From Blepharisma stoltei ATCC 30299 (Eukaryota; Protista; Ciliophora): a DNA stretch of 64,000 bases. Position numbers and translations under genes: made by a program. The stretch lies in the NCBI GenBank assembly GCA_965603825.1, contig CBFDEM010000060.1, forward strand, positions 588,987-652,986, written 5' to 3'. Below, piece by piece: positions 34,720 through 47,570 of the stretch (within the stretch, counting starts at the first letter, position 1; each line of letters begins with the position of its first letter). The notes beneath the pieces are model-generated. The model made no database searches, was not told the origin of the DNA, and saw nothing but the letters and a program-made list of their open reading frames with translations.

Positions 34720-37584
34720 TTATACGAAATTAAACCGTAGATCAACTTTTATTGGCAAATCGCAATCACTTAGCGTGGTTTGAATATAATAGTGCATACT
34801 ATCAATCGATTCCAAGGTGCTAGAAGAGGTATTATATGTTTTATTATCTCCATACTTGATAATAAAATTGTTTTTCTGAAGAATCCTTCCTAAATTTGCT
34901 GCAAAATTAATCATTATTTTTCCTTCGTGAAAATCAAGCTCAAACCCAACTGAAGTCTTGTTGCAGGTTCGTTCTAAATGATTTCCACATAAATAAGTTG
35001 ATTGATCGCAGGCTGAATTATTATTACATGTGCAATTTACAGAATATCCATAATCATGCAAGTAAAATTGGTTTTTGCATGATGTGCAATTTATTGATGA
35101 AGTGCATTCTGTGCAACTTTCTGGACATGCTAAATAGCTATTACCAGTACAGATTTGATTATTATTATAAAAGCCCTGAGGGCATTCGCAATTTTCTGGG
35201 TTTGTATGGCTCATGATAAAAGGATTCTGACAACTAATGCATTGCATATTATTACAGAATAAACAGTTTTGACCACATGGAGCACAGTTTGTTCCATTTC
35301 AATAATAAGATGTACTACAAAATTTGCAAATATCAGCACTTTGGCAAACTTCGCAATTGGGTATTGTGCATTGAAGGCAATAATCTCCAGACAAGTAAAA
35401 CCCATCTAAGCATGCTCTGCAGTTGGTAGAGCCTTTTTGGCATTCAGAACATGGTGAGCTGCAGCTCAATGTGCAAGTTGAGCCTGATGTAGTACTACAA
35501 GTAGCACATTGAGGCTCACACTCAGCACAAGAGGTATTCGAATCAAAGAAATATCCATCATCAGGTATACAAATGCCATTAAAAAGTCCTGAATGTTCTG
35601 GACATTCACAGTCAGTAATTCCAAGCATATGTGTTTTATCTATACAAATAGTGCAGAAAGTCCCATCGGTAATATCGCATGTCTCACATTTAGGGTCGCA
35701 TTCAGCACATGTGGTAGCATCACTAAAGTAATATCCGTTATCTGGAACACAAACTGATCCTGTGAGAGTTGAGTGATCAGGGCATTCGCAGTCTGGAGCC
35801 GCTGACATATGAGTTGTATCTGCACAAGCTGTGCAGACAGTTCCATCGCTAGTGTCACATGTATCACATTTAGGGTCGCATTCAGCACATGTGGTAGCAT
35901 CACTAAAATAATATCCGTTATCTGGAACACAATCTGATCCTGTTAGAGTTGAGTGCTCAGGACATTCGCAGTCTGGAGCCGCTGACGTATGAGTTGTATC
36001 CGTGCAAGCTGTGCAAGAAGTTCCATCGCTAGTGTCACATGTATCACATTTAGGATCGCATTCAGCACATGTGGTAGCATCACTAAAGTAATATCCGTTA
36101 TCTGGAACACAAACTGATCCTGTGAGAGCTGAGTGATCAGGACATTCGCAGTCTGGAGCCGCTGACGTATGAGTTGTATCTGTGCAAGCTGTGCAAGAAG
36201 TTCCATCGCTAGTGTCACATGTATCACATTTAGGGTCGCATTCAGCACATGTGGTAGCATCACTAAAGTAATATCCGTTATCTGGAACACAAACTGATCC
36301 TGTGAGAGTTGAGTGCTCAGGACATTCGCAGTCTGGAGCCGCTGACATATGAGTTGTATCTGTACAAGCTGTGCAGACAGTTCCATCGCTAGTGTCACAT
36401 GTATCACATTTAGGGTCACATTCAGCACATGTGGTAGCATCACTAAAGTAATATCCGTCATCTGGAACACAAACTGATCCTGTGAGAGTTGAGTGATCAG
36501 GACATTCACAGTCTGGAGCCGCTGACGTATGAGTTGTATCTGTGCAAGCTGTGCAAACAGTTCCATCGCTAGTGTCACATGTATCACATTTAGGGTCGCA
36601 TTCAGCACATGTGGTAGCATCACTAAAGTAATATCCGGTATCTGGAACACAAACTGATCCTGTGAGAGTTGAGTGATCAGGGCATTCGCAGTCTGGAGCC
36701 GCTGACGTATGAGTTGTATCTGTGCAAGCTGTGCAGACAGTTCCATCGCTAGTGTCACATGTATCACATTTAGGGTCGCATTCAGCACATGTAGTAGCAT
36801 CACTAAAGTAATATCCGTCATCTGGAACACAAACTGATCCTGTGAGAGTTGAGTGATCAGGGCATTCGCAGTCTGGAGCCGCTGACGTATGAGTTGTATC
36901 TGTGCAAGCTGTGCAAGAAGTTCCATCGCTAGTGTCACATGTATCACATTTAGGGTCGCATTCAGCACAAGTGGTAGCATCACTAAAGTAATATCCGTTA
37001 TCTGGAACACAATCTGATCCTGTGAGAGTTGAGTGCTCAGGGCATTCGCAGTCAGGAGCTGCTGACATATGTGTTCCGTCTATGCATGCAGTGCAATCCG
37101 ATGAACTGGTACCGCAAGTACTGCATTTATCATCACAACAGCTTGCACCGCTACCGTGAACTGTAAATCCATCAATGCACGCAACACAAGTATCACCATC
37201 ACCACTAGCAACCATACTGCAATGCTCAATAGTCGAAGCTGTGCATCCACCTGCATCATCAGGTATGTCAGTAGCTGAATTAGTGCAAGTTTCGCACGTT
37301 GTTGCATCTTTGCAAGTTTGGCATCCACTTGCACCACCAGTGCAAGCAGCTGTTAAATATCTTTCGTTTTCCCACCAGGATCCCTCTTCAGTCGTATTTT
37401 GGTCTTTTTCTGGACCAGTCTCATTATTTTTGACAAGTTGATTGACTGCCCCAGAATCGTCGATAAGCAGTTTTGAGTGAATTTCAGAGCTTCTAAGGCT
37501 AGTTCTGGCAAATGGGTTGAGTTCTTCCGCTGTAGTTGCTCCAAGGATCAGGAGCAAAAAATAAGCTATTCCACCTGTAGGCAT
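34720..37584 (-). CDS. Gene C: 954-aa Cys-rich protein with a gene-B-type N-terminus and 8 repeats but an unrelated C-terminus; no TM segment, probably secreted
   Basis: ORF 35299-37584 reads through one TGA (STSYY-W-NGTNCAPCGQNC) in frame into ORF 34720-35247 and ends TAA. Confidence 0.9.
35630..37070 (-). repeat. 180-bp tandem array in gene C (8 units, B-type)
   Basis: tctggaacac recurs every 180 nt from 35741 to 37001; units are nearly identical to those of gene B. Confidence 0.95.
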
Positions 37585-38399
37585 ATTTTATAAGGATAAT
37601 ATAACCTGCCAAAATAAATTGATCTATAAGGCAATTACTTAATGCCTATTTATGGAATTAAAAAATATAAAATTTCAATAATCTCTTAATTTTACCAATA
37701 TTTTGATTAAAGAAACCTGGTAAATCTTAAAAATTTTTGAGTTTTTTCGATCTCAGTCTATAGAAACCTAATTAAATAGTAATATTTAATGTTGCCATAA
37801 GAGTCTAAAAATTAATTTTAGATAATTGAAATGTGAGCATGCACTCACACTTACTAACTCTATAAATTTTCATTGCAACTTGTAATGCAAAAGAATATAT
37901 CTTTGGGCCTTCAAATAGAAGCATTATTTTGTAAGCTTTTACTTATACATCATTTTTAAGATAATGAAAAGCTAAAATATTGGTAAAATACTCAGATGGT
38001 TTAAATCTTTACTCTAATAAAGAGCTAAATAAATCTTATTGATATTGCCTATCTCTGAAAATTATACAGTCGCTTTAATGGAAAAAGAAGGGTGTAAAAA
38101 ACTTCAATGAAGCTTTCACCCAAATTATTGTGTAAACTTTTATGATAGCTAGAATTAATGCCGAATAAATCGCTTTTTTTGGCTACCTAATTATTTTCGA
38201 GCCGAAATGTAAAAATAACTTTGTTATTTATAAAATGCTTAATTTTCTGAATTTTATAAAGTTCAGCTTGGATTTATTTTTTGAGATCTACTGATAACAG
38301 AACTAATTATTAATTTTAATTGTTTTTTTATGGATTTATAAATGTCTTGGCTTATTATTGGCATATCCATTATGTGGACCGAATTTTTCAATTTTGCCA

Positions 38400-39650
38400 G
38401 GTTTTAGAAACTATTGTCGTTCATTTTGAGACCCCATATGAATACATAGAAAACCTTCCGCATGAATCCTTTACCTGAAATATTTCAAAACTTTTAACTC
38501 ATCAGTGGAATTTCACATTTTCTGCTTCTCAGCTCTTAAAATTGCATTTACTGCACCCAAAGTCTTTACTCTTTTGGATATCTCCACAAATCTCATTATG
38601 CAAGAACCAATTTCTCAACTATGCAGTGATTTTTCATTATTCTATATCTCACCCCAAGTACCTTAAGCCATCAACCTATTGGTTATCCCCTTCTCATTCA
38701 TCAGAAATTACCGCATTTTTCTATCTTAATTTAAATCTAGATGTAGTTTTTATGGACAAGGGCAAATACAACCAGAAAACTTATTTTCAAATTATTCAGC
38801 ACATTTTGGCTATTTTCAGTAGCATCATTATCTGATATTAAGAGTTAGTCAATGAGGTGGTCGTAAGAGCTGGGATCGCATTTCACTATTCTTTTGTTAA
38901 TAATGAAGCACCAAAAGATTTACAAAAATCATTGTAAAACGCAAAATTATTGACAGATGGAGGCGGGATTGTGTAAGCCAAGAAAGTGGATATGGTTAAA
39001 CCATAGATGGAGCTATAATAATAACAGAAATCAGCCATGAATACGATATTTCAATACTAGATTATTAAAAACTTTAATTGAAGAGCTCATATTTAGTATA
39101 TTATTATTAGAGGATGAGAGAGATATCAAGGCAATTCTAGATTCAAAAATGCCAAACAATTATAGCCCCACCTAATTGTTAAATAATAAATATAAAAAAT
39201 ATAAACAGGATTATTGCTGGCTAAAAATTTGACTATTTTGGCGATCCTACTTTTTAGGTTAACCAAGCATAACACCTAAGTAGAAAAATTTTACCATAAG
39301 CATAAATGCAGGAATTACAAATTCTGGCTCAACAGATACAGATGCAGGCCTTACAAAACTCATGAGAGGCCAATATATCCATTGATAAGATTAACTAAGG
39401 ACGCGATATTTTATCACATTTTCAGTTACAAATGTTTAACTTTGACTGTGGGATCACTATTTATGATAAATCTTATCTTAAATCCTGCTTTACAAAATAT
39501 TTATAGTCAACTAGGTTGACTGGAACGGGTCCTTTTTTTGCTCCACCTCAGGATAAGCTACTAAATGTCGAATCACTACATGCTGAATTCGTTGCTTTGG
39601 ATACGATGTAGACAATGAATCATCTTATGAAACAGTTCTTTCAGCTTTAT
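38400..39650 (+). pseudogene. Heavily decayed multi-TM protein remnant
   Basis: Hydrophobic broken frames such as KYKQDYCWLKILTILAILLF and CRPYKTH, with many stops. Confidence 0.3.
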
Positions 39651-40039
39651 AAAAAATTAAATTTGCATAGAATAGCAATATACATTTTAACTTAAACATG
39701 AAGAATCATATCAAATTATGTAATTCATAATAAATTATTGAGTTATTGTGTCAGTTGAAGCATCTATCAAGTGAAAAACATTAATATTTACTGAGTATAA
39801 TAAAATGGACCTAAGAAAAATACGAATTATTAAGTTAATAGTGATGATAATAAATACTTTATTTAGAAAGATTTAGCTTATTTGCTAGCTTTTATATCAA
39901 ATCATTTTTCTTTTTAAGCTTAACTATTCAAAGGATCAAAATTTCGAAAATTATTGCTTGTAATTTGGTTTAAAATATTGGCACTTTTATCAGACATAAT
40001 AAAATCTGAAATCATAAAATCTATCTCTTAATATTAAAT

Positions 40040-41348
40040 ATGGTTCACCCATTATCGGCCTGCGTCTTTTTTGTCCTTTTTGCTTTTTCCTATGCAGGAT
40101 CGTTTTCTTTCTGCTCTAATTTCATTCTTACATCACCTTATTTCGATCCAATGAATTTAAGGTTCAACAGCCAGATGGCCGACTACAAATTTGTTGCAAA
40201 ATATCCTACGCAAACGAGTTCCGTAGTATCAGCTGCTGTGAGCTGTTCATCAATCTATATGAATAGATTCTCTTGGAGTTTGCATGGAGATTATTCTAAC
40301 TGCGGGTCTTTAAGTGGTTTTGGGTAAACTTTGAGTCAACGACAGGAAATGCGTTGATGCAAATGGGTTCGTATTGTGACTTATAGAGTGAATTCAGATA
40401 CTGATGGGATTTTGAAATTCTCGTTTCAACAAACTCCGGATCAAGTAGACACTGATGATTTTTCCATAACTGCTCCATTGAGTAATTTTTTATTCAGATT
40501 CTTGGACTTTACTTACGTTGCATTGGATAGACAGTACTGTCGAGATTTACATGCCAGGACAAGCTAAGATATCCAAGACAGCAGTTGGTACTTATCCTTT
40601 TTCCAAACCTTTTGATAGGTTTGGGGATTTGCTATTTGGCTATGGTGCAAAGGAAAAGTTTTATCAATATTTTGGGTTCAAATCGGCAGCAATAAATGAA
40701 GATTTCAGTATCATTACGTTATATGATGGTACAAACTCCTCGATGCAACAGGAACTTGTCCAATGACTTGCGCAGAATCAACTTGCCACCCGACTCAGAA
40801 GTGTCTCAGCCTAACAAGCGACTGTTCCTCTTGTGATACAACTTGGCGCTTGGCATGTACCACAATTAATCGTGACAAGACAACTTACTGCACTAAAAGT
40901 CTCTGCGATCTACATTGTATCTGCTCGTCAACTGGTAAATGCATACAATGTGACTATGGCTATTTCCTTTCTAGTACTGGAACTGGCAATCCCATCAGTG
41001 CCAGTAATTTTTAATTTAGAATGCAAAGACTCATGCACTTCTTGTGGTGGAGTTTGTTTCAAATATACTGATGTTGTTACGCAAGAAGGGGCAATGTGTA
41101 AAGTCAATTCTATTGGCTATTATATCAGTCTTTCTGGTACAAATATCAAAATTGATTTTGCTCATCCTCTTGAATCAGCTTTGAATATTGCCTCTCTTAA
41201 TGCTAAGTCGGATAAAGGTATAGTAATCGATACATCTCTCTGGACTTTAAATACATGCGCTGTAGGCTCAACAGGCTGCACCATAGCGACTAGCCTGACT
41301 ACTGATCAACTACCAATTCAGTTTGACTTCCAATTTAGTCAAGTCTAG
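40040..41348 (+). CDS. Gene D: secreted protein (LamG-like N-terminal region, Cys-rich repeats, C-terminal domain shared with gene C). Three tiny introns and two unresolved frameshifts; possibly a pseudogene
   Basis: Signal peptide MVHPLSACVFFVLFAFSYA. The introns join frames into MGSVNSDTDG, APLNSWTLLTLHWIDSTVEIY and ISAKCKDSC. Frame breaks near 40320 and about 40620-40745 are not explained by an intron. Ends TAG. Confidence 0.65.
40371..40386 (+). other. 16-nt spliceosomal intron
   Basis: GTATTGTGACTTATAG; removal eliminates a TAG and joins two frames. Confidence 0.7.
40482..40497 (+). other. 16-nt spliceosomal intron
   Basis: GTAATTTTTTATTCAG; removal joins the frame of ORF 40376 to the frame of ORF 40518. 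Confidence 0.8.
41004..41019 (+). other. 16-nt spliceosomal intron
   Basis: GTAATTTTTAATTTAG; removal eliminates a TAA and joins ORF 40763 to ORF 40833. Confidence 0.85.
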
Positions 41349-41479
41349 AAGGATAAATAATCTTTCTCTTTAATCTTTTTTACTACTTAAATAATTAATA
41401 ACTTCATTACTTGTTGGGACATGAAAATATAGCAATTTGATTTTAAATTCTATTTTAATAAAAAAGAGACTTATTTATG

Positions 41480-43350
41480 CGTCTTCATCAATCATACATT
41501 TTATGCTTCTTTTGTAAAAGCAAATTTAAATAACATGGATATTTTTTCCTTTTTTTCTGTAAACTTGGGCATTTTTTAAACTGTAGATAAAATCTAACTA
41601 GAGCAAGAACCAGCCATCCAACTCCCAAAGCAACTAGAAATACTATAGAATTCCCACCAAATCCTATATAAAATGTAGACAGCAAGGAAAAGCCAAACTA
41701 CTCCAATTAGACTTAAAAATTGCCGCAAAATAAATCTATCTTAGTATATGATTTAATCCTTGAAATAATTGCAATATAAGCCATCATAAGTTTAATAAAC
41801 GCTACCCTATGACTAATATCACCTAATCTTTTTTAGTGTTTTTGCTAATATTACAAATATTGCTTGTGGGATTGATTTTCCCATCAATTAGCCAGGCACT
41901 TCTTTTGCATGTAAAGGCTGCTGTAGTTACTATCAGATCGGCCTAACAAACACAGCAAGAGGCTCATATACTAAAAAAGCTACAAATGAAATAATCGCAC
42001 ACATCAAATGTTCCTCTTTTCAGCAAAAAGTATAGCAATCTTTTACTAAAAAAAGTCTATAAAATCTTCACCGATACTCATCACGCAAAAACACATCAAA
42101 GCATATAGATATAAACGTTATAAAACAAAGATTTCCAAGCGCAAGCGTCAAATATTCTGCTATCAAGCCTAACACTTTTGTGCAGTTTTAATAAAACTAT
42201 TACGTAAAGAACTGCCTGTATTACGATACAGACTAGCTCAATATCAGTAATAGTCCAAAACACCCCATTTTGTAGCTTAATTACGTCTTCTAGTTCAATT
42301 GTGAACATGCTGCTTAATTTGACAGGATTGACCCAAATTCTGAAAAATTAAGTCCCATTGAGGCAAATTCGAAGAAGTCTATAGGTATTGTTCCTCCACA
42401 ATAAAACCATCTATAGATTTTTTTTCTTCAAGAATCTCTACAGATATATTTGACCATTTTTGATATATAATAAAAGCTATTGCAGAGGTAACTGCGAAAA
42501 CCAAAAAGAATATCCAAACATAAGCCCTCTTCCTTTAGCAAAAGTCTGTCATTGCTTTCTGGGTCAATAGAAATAGGGCCTGTGCATCCATTAGATTTTG
42601 CCACTCTTATGGTAGACATCAGCTTAAGCGGGTCAGTGTAATCTTGGCCTCTATTTATTATATAATCTAAAACAGTAGCAATATGAACTCCATCAAAATA
42701 TAAACAAGAATCAAATTCTGGCGTTATATTATATTTTTCTCAATACTCATTATATATTTTCTGTCCTATTTCTCCAACTCAGACAGGAAAAACTACTCTT
42801 GTCATAGAAACCCCGATTTCTAGTCTTTTATGTGCATAGCCATCATTATCAGAAATAATGTCTATGGATCCCAAGTTCGTGCAAAAACTTATAATAGCCT
42901 TTTTTAATCCTAAATCATATAGTGATTCTAGCGCATAGTTGCACAAAGGGCACCGCTAAACCATAATCAATAGCCTTGCCTTAGAATTAAGGATCCCTTC
43001 GAATAATTTTTATAACTTTTAGTGGCTTCTCTGTCTAGATCTGATAAGATTGCCCTTGCATTTTCTGTATTTATCAGTTCGATCCCTATATATTCTGCAG
43101 CTGTCTTCATTAAACTTAAAGTTCAAAACCCACAAGGGCCGTTTTCATAGATAGTTGCAGTTTTTTTCCACTCCATGGCTCTTAAAAATAGTATGCAGAC
43201 ATTAAAACTTAAAGGTGAAATCATTCTGACGTACATAGGATAATCTTTAGTGGCTTAATAAAGGGCTAGCGTTTGCAGGCTCCACAGATGGTAGCGTTAT
43301 ATTTATTTCTTTAAATAATAATAGCGATTTAATTGCGGCAGGAGAGCTAT
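41480..43350 (-). pseudogene. Decayed paralog of the VFT multi-TM receptor at 30029-33586
   Basis: Homologous blocks ASPLLS, GCTGPISIDPESNDR, DCYTFC(W)KEEHLMCAIISFVAFLVYEPLAVFVRP and GWLVLALV...KKCPSL, interrupted by stops and frameshifts. Confidence 0.8.
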
Positions 43351-44299
43351 AAGCTATTAAATGGGCAAGATCTAACTTGTATATATAAATATAAAAATTT
43401 AAGGAAAAATATGGATGCAGATTGATAGAAAGAGAATTTTATGCATTTATTATCAATTCAGTTTAAGAGATTATCATTAATTTTTCAAAAGGCATGCAAA
43501 TCAATTTTTTTTTGGTTAACTTTACTTTTAGTGAATAGAACAATAAAAATGTCAGTAAGGAGTGCCTTCTTAACCTCGACCTAGTAAGGGAACTTCTGGC
43601 CGTAGACTATAAAGGTTCTGAAGTTGAAAAGAGAGTTAAACTTGAGCTGGAGGCTACTGAAGGTCTAACGGTTGTGATGCGACTTGTTTTTAAGAACGAA
43701 TTTGTTCTCGCTTATGGCATGAAGGCTAGAAGTCTAAGCTAAAAAAGCTATGCTATCCTTAATCCTTAAGTTAATAGATGAGCGCAAATCTTCGAATATT
43801 TGAAGAAAATAATATTTCAGTAATGGATTAGACTTTAATATTAACTTTTTAAGCATAATTTGATTAGGTTAGAGACATAATTGTTAATGTAATCTATATA
43901 TTAAGTGATACTTATGAATTCTTGTTCTTATTTGATGTTCTTAGTTACAACATAATGGTTTAGCATCAAAAATCTTTACATTTTATTTAAAAAATTTAGT
44001 TTCTGAATAATGTATATTGAAACTATAAAATTATTGCTAAAAAAATCAGTTTTCACGTAAAAATATGCATAGGCTGTAGTTTTTTATCTTAATGTAAGAA
44101 ATTATAATTTTAAAATTTTTTTATTTGTCTTATTATAAAAAGGATAATGGTTAACTCGCACTTAATCACCCTATTTTCTGTGATGCTCGAGATTTGTGAT
44201 TTTCTTGAAATTATTGCTGTACAGTTAGGCAATCTATACAAGTCTATAGATAGCTTTTGATTTAAAATCTTAGAATCAGATTTAGCTCAAAACTTCAGT

Positions 44300-45520
44300 G
44301 ATCTAGTAGGCTGGCACTATTGTAGCTATTCTGATATTATTGATTGTATTTCGCAATCAAAAGATCTTGTCTTCTAATAAGATAAGAATCTGAGAGTAAC
44401 GACAGAAATTTCTAAATATACACCATCCAATCTATGAAGGTCGACAGAAATGGGAGCATCGCAATCTACCCAGTAGGCTACTTAAAGTCTTTCAGCACAA
44501 ATCTTATATATATTTTGATTCCCTTGATTTATTCTGATGGGACATCAGTCAAACCAAGCTACTTAAACATAAAAGTTCATGGGCTATATTTCTGCTAGAA
44601 ATATTTCCAAGGGGTTTTAGTGAAGGAAGAGCAATAGAATAATAATGAGAATCGCAATAATTAATTATAATAGGTGCGTATTTAGCCTCCAGAATTTTTT
44701 CTATACAATATGAATCCCTTTGTATAGAATAATTTAAAACTCAGAGCATTGATGATGTCATATCATTATCATCGGAATCTAAGCAAGATCTAGCTATATT
44801 TACAATTTATCACAGCTAAATCAGAGATTTGACCTGAGAAATATTACTAAGCACCCATGCCAAGACATTCGCCAATGGGTTTTTATTAATCTGGAAACTA
44901 ATATTTTGCAGCACATCCTCAAAATATTTAAAGTTTCTTCAGAAATAATAATTCCTCGATATTTTTCATCATCCCTGCGATATTCCCTATGCATCATCAT
45001 ATGCAATTTTCAGCAACTTCATCATATTCTTTACTGATCGTAAGTTGGCTTCTCTAATTGCTTCATTCTTCACTATCATTTCCATATATTTATGATCAAA
45101 AGTAGCAAATGAACACAAAGTAAAGGAAGCATCAAACTGAATTTCTTTAGGATGGTCTTGGCTTAAATAATTTATAAACACTGGGATGTAGTTTAATTCC
45201 AAGAGACTGATTTAATAGTTTCCGATAAATATAAAGGGCTTCTTTGATAGTGCTTGATTGGGTTCTATTTTTTGAATTTCGATGTAGGATTCAAGGATTA
45301 TTCGTTTATTTGAAAGGAGACTTTGAAGATAACGACGGAATGAGCTGAAATAGGAGGAATGAAAGGTTGGAAGTTTGGGAGGAAGAAAAGTGTTGTTTCT
45401 TGCTGAGCTAAAGACACTTATTGAGAAGAAGCTCAATGTGATGTTCTTCTCGCTTGAATTGGAGGAGTTCTGGGTCTATTGATTGCTAGAAACCTTTGTT
45501 TCGATTGCGTGATGCTCACT
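44300..45520 (-). pseudogene. Importin-alpha-like pseudogene
   Basis: IBB-like RNKGF*QSIDPELLQFKREEHHIELL. ARM-like YIPVFINYLSQDHPKEIQFDASFTLCSFAT. In-frame TAGs and frameshifts. Confidence 0.65.
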
Positions 45521-46539
45521 TTTAGAATGTATTTCTTTATTGGATTTAATTCGAAATTAGGTTATTTTAACAAATGAATAAAAATTTGCTGGTGATTTCT
45601 CTGTTTATTATAATATTTTTAGAAATAATTATAAATCTAAATAAAATTCTTTCTGAGAATAAAATCTGATAGCTTAAGTTGATTCATCAAAATTTTCTAT
45701 CTACTAAACACAATTTCCAGACATGCAATCATTATTCTTATGCCATAGTTTAAGATAGAGAGCATAGAAGCAGCAGATAGTTAATTTAGAATCTAGCATT
45801 CTAGCTAGGAATTATTTTATTAAAATTATAACTAAAATGGCCAAACTATTTTCTATTGCTAAATAGAGATTTTGTTCAAAAATTAGCCAATAATAAATAA
45901 TTAGAATTTAGAGGGGAGAATTTCAATAAGGTTTTAAATAATATTTAATAGATCATAGAGAAATCATAAAATAGCAAACAAATAAAATTCCTCGAACAAT
46001 TATTCGTTTTATTTGGAATATATATAATTTTAAAACATCTAATCATTCTTTTCCAAATTATCGAAGTCCTTTTTATGATGTATGCTAAACACTTTTGGAA
46101 AATAATTTTTATAATTAATTAGGAATAAAATGCATTTGCAATCTATTCAAGATCTTTTAATATTTTGATGGATAAATATTGGACTGAGACCTAAATGCTG
46201 TGCAAGATTTAAACCACTTTCTGTTCTAAAGGATTGGGAAGTCATCCTTTATTTAGCTAATTTTCCTTTTATTAGATAAGACATCATCGTTCAAATTGCA
46301 GAGGGAAAACTTCAAAGCATAGTGCATCCATTTATAAGTTGCAGAAGCATTGCCAATAGATAATATTATCTTATTTCTTATAGCAAATACAGTATTAACT
46401 AGCATTTAAAGAATTCCGATTACAAGATATTATATTATTCTGAATTATCTATACTTACTCTGCGCTTTTAAGGCTTTCCAAAGCAAATTGTCATTTTTAA
46501 ATTTTATGGAATTAGAACAGTTTTTATTATATGCATAAA

Positions 46540-47570
46540 TCTCATCCATTTTTCACTTATAGATAATAATTATGGAAGCTCAGCTATCACCTTTGCAGAT
46601 CGTGTGTTAGGCCTATCTCCTGAAGCTCTGGAAAAAGTGCTGAAAGGAGATTTAAATATTCTTAGATATCAAAAGCAATTCTTCAATTATATCGCCTAAT
46701 GGGCATATATATATTAAAAATTATTAGAGTATTAAAACAAAGCAATTAAAGCATCAAAATCAATATTTATTAAACGAAACAATGATATTTTGTTTGCTTT
46801 TGAAGCATATATACTTACATATTTAAAACTTTTCTCTCAATAATCTTAAATGATGTCATCTAATTAGCATTGGTGAAATTTTGTCTTTAAATTATTTCAC
46901 TGCACATGAAATCTGACTTTGCTATCCCTGAAGTTTTATCGGATAAATACTTTCTGTAATATGGCTCAAACACTGACTCAACCCATGTGACCAAATTCTT
47001 TCTCACATCTAGGAATCTTCAGAATGCAGAATTTCAGTGCCTATTTCCAGCTCCTTTCTTAAAGAATAGGTATAATGGACAATTGAATTTTTAAAAGATT
47101 CTACTATAGTTAATAAAAATCCAATTTTTTTGCTTTTCTCTGAATTCTTATAAATATATCTACTTAAAAGATTTTAATAAAATTTCATATTTTTATTACC
47201 ATCGATATTTGGACCATTTTTAGTCATTAGTTAATTAATGGGTAATGCAGCCATCAACATAGCTGCTCGTGTGTCAAGCTTAACTTCTGAAGCTCTAGAA
47301 AAAGAGCTGAAGCGAGATCTGAGTGTTCTTGGTGACCAAAATAAAAATCCATTTTTTTGGCTTTTCTTTGTATTCTTAAAATTATATCTACTTAAAAGAT
47401 TTTAATAAAATTTAATATATTTATTACATCGATATTTGGACCATTTTTAGTCATTAGTTATAATTAATGGGTAACGCAGCCACCAACATAGCAGCTCGTG
47501 TGTCAAGTTTAACTTCTGAAGCTCTAGAAAAAGAGCTGAAGGGAGATCTGAGTATTCTTGGTGACCAAAA
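46540..47570 (+). repeat. Three copies of the 5' end of the HECT-like gene (46545-46690 diverged; 47111-47340 tandem; 47341-47570 functional)
   Basis: ccatttttagtcattag...atgggtaa(t/c)gcagcca...gaagctctagaaaaagagctgaag is repeated with a period of about 230 bp; an older copy lies near 46545. Confidence 0.88.

Noticed and set aside
43545-43745. Small coding-like patch (NLDLVRELLAVDYKGSEVEKRVKLELE)
   Set aside because: No in-frame start before this stretch and no recognisable family.
46600-46612. Internal telomere-like words (gtgttagg here and near 34574)
   Set aside because: Single partial units, expected by chance.
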